NCBI RefSeq assembly: GCF_963921235.1
Contig: NC_086097.1
Coordinates: forward strand, 203,176,001 to 203,240,000
DNA length: 64,000 nucleotides
Direction of reading: 5' to 3'
Origin: Mobula hypostoma
Lineage: Eukaryota
Under the pieces are notes generated by a model that worked only from the letters and a program-made list of their open reading frames with translations, did not search any database and had not been told where the DNA came from. Numbering within the stretch: position 1 is the stretch's first letter; each line of letters starts with the position of its first letter. Shown here one piece after another: positions 63,314 through 64,000 of the stretch. Made by a program: the position numbers and the translations under genes.

Positions 63314-64000
63314 CTGAAAATATATCATAATATTATTTAAACATTACTGATAACAAAACAAATTCCACTGTACAAATTTGGTTGATAAAAATGTCTACAT
63401 CTTTATTTCATATTAGCTCAGCATTATTAAACTTAAAAATAAACACCGCAACCCATTATTTAAAGGCACAGGATAATTATATGTGCTGTATGTGTGCCTG
63501 CTGGTTCTGTGTTTTGCAACTTGGCCCATAGGAACGCTGTTCCATTTGGCTGTATTTATGTGCATGGTTAAATGACAATTAAACTTGAACTTGAAATAAT
63601 GATTTCACATAAGAGCTGAATGTTAAATCATACTGGGGACATTTCCCCCCTGATATTGTACCACAGGTACTTAATGTTGTAAAATCAGTCGCAGTTCTAT
63701 TTCCTTGTGTAACAACGGCACAAAAATTACTTGCATTTTATGTAGTAGATTCATCCACTGCATCTCAGCTATGATATTTAATATTCCACTTAATATTCTT
63801 AATATCTAATATTTTTATTTCTAAGGTTGTCAATTTAACTTGAGCTTAAGATGTTTTTAAGTTCCAAATGTTCATTCTACTGATGAAAATAAACTTAGCA
63901 GAGCATGATTTAAATTATTCAAAATAAACACATGTAGCATTGCAAAACATTACCCTGAGAATTACTCAGAAGTTCATTCATAATTGAAGAAAAGACAGCC

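Noticed and set aside
63320..64000. preceding PRKDC exon (human-like KDRAAKCKIPALDLLIK)
   Set aside because: No matching open frame with splice sites was seen.
1..64000. CRISPR arrays, operons or prokaryotic defence systems
   Set aside because: The sequence is an intron-rich vertebrate gene and has no regularly spaced repeat-spacer array.

Overview
This is eukaryotic genomic DNA, most likely from a cartilaginous fish (ray or shark), inferred from the repeat repertoire. The window lies inside PRKDC (DNA-PKcs) on the minus strand. I traced 17 consecutive GT-AG exons from 63313 down to 7663 (2029 nt, open in one frame). They correspond to about human exons 5-21 (numbering recalled from memory) and encode the N-terminal HEAT-repeat region; the rest of the gene lies outside the window. 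The introns are filled with nested transposons: CR1 and Rex/Babar LINEs, a full-length 5.8-kb L1 with a 16-bp TSD, Tc1, hAT-Charlie, a Chapaev-like element and SINEs. The most notable signal is a set of Penelope-like fold-back insertions carrying at least seven minimal hammerhead ribozyme motifs, four of them in PRKDC pre-mRNA sense. This class of element is already known, so I do not claim a new system. Other observations: an exon 15/16 junction that regenerates its own 5' splice site, a degenerate HDV-like ribozyme fold, a 68-bp palindrome, microhomology-bounded inversions and deep transposon nesting. Repeat family names were assigned by eye and their boundaries are approximate unless a TSD or TIR is given.
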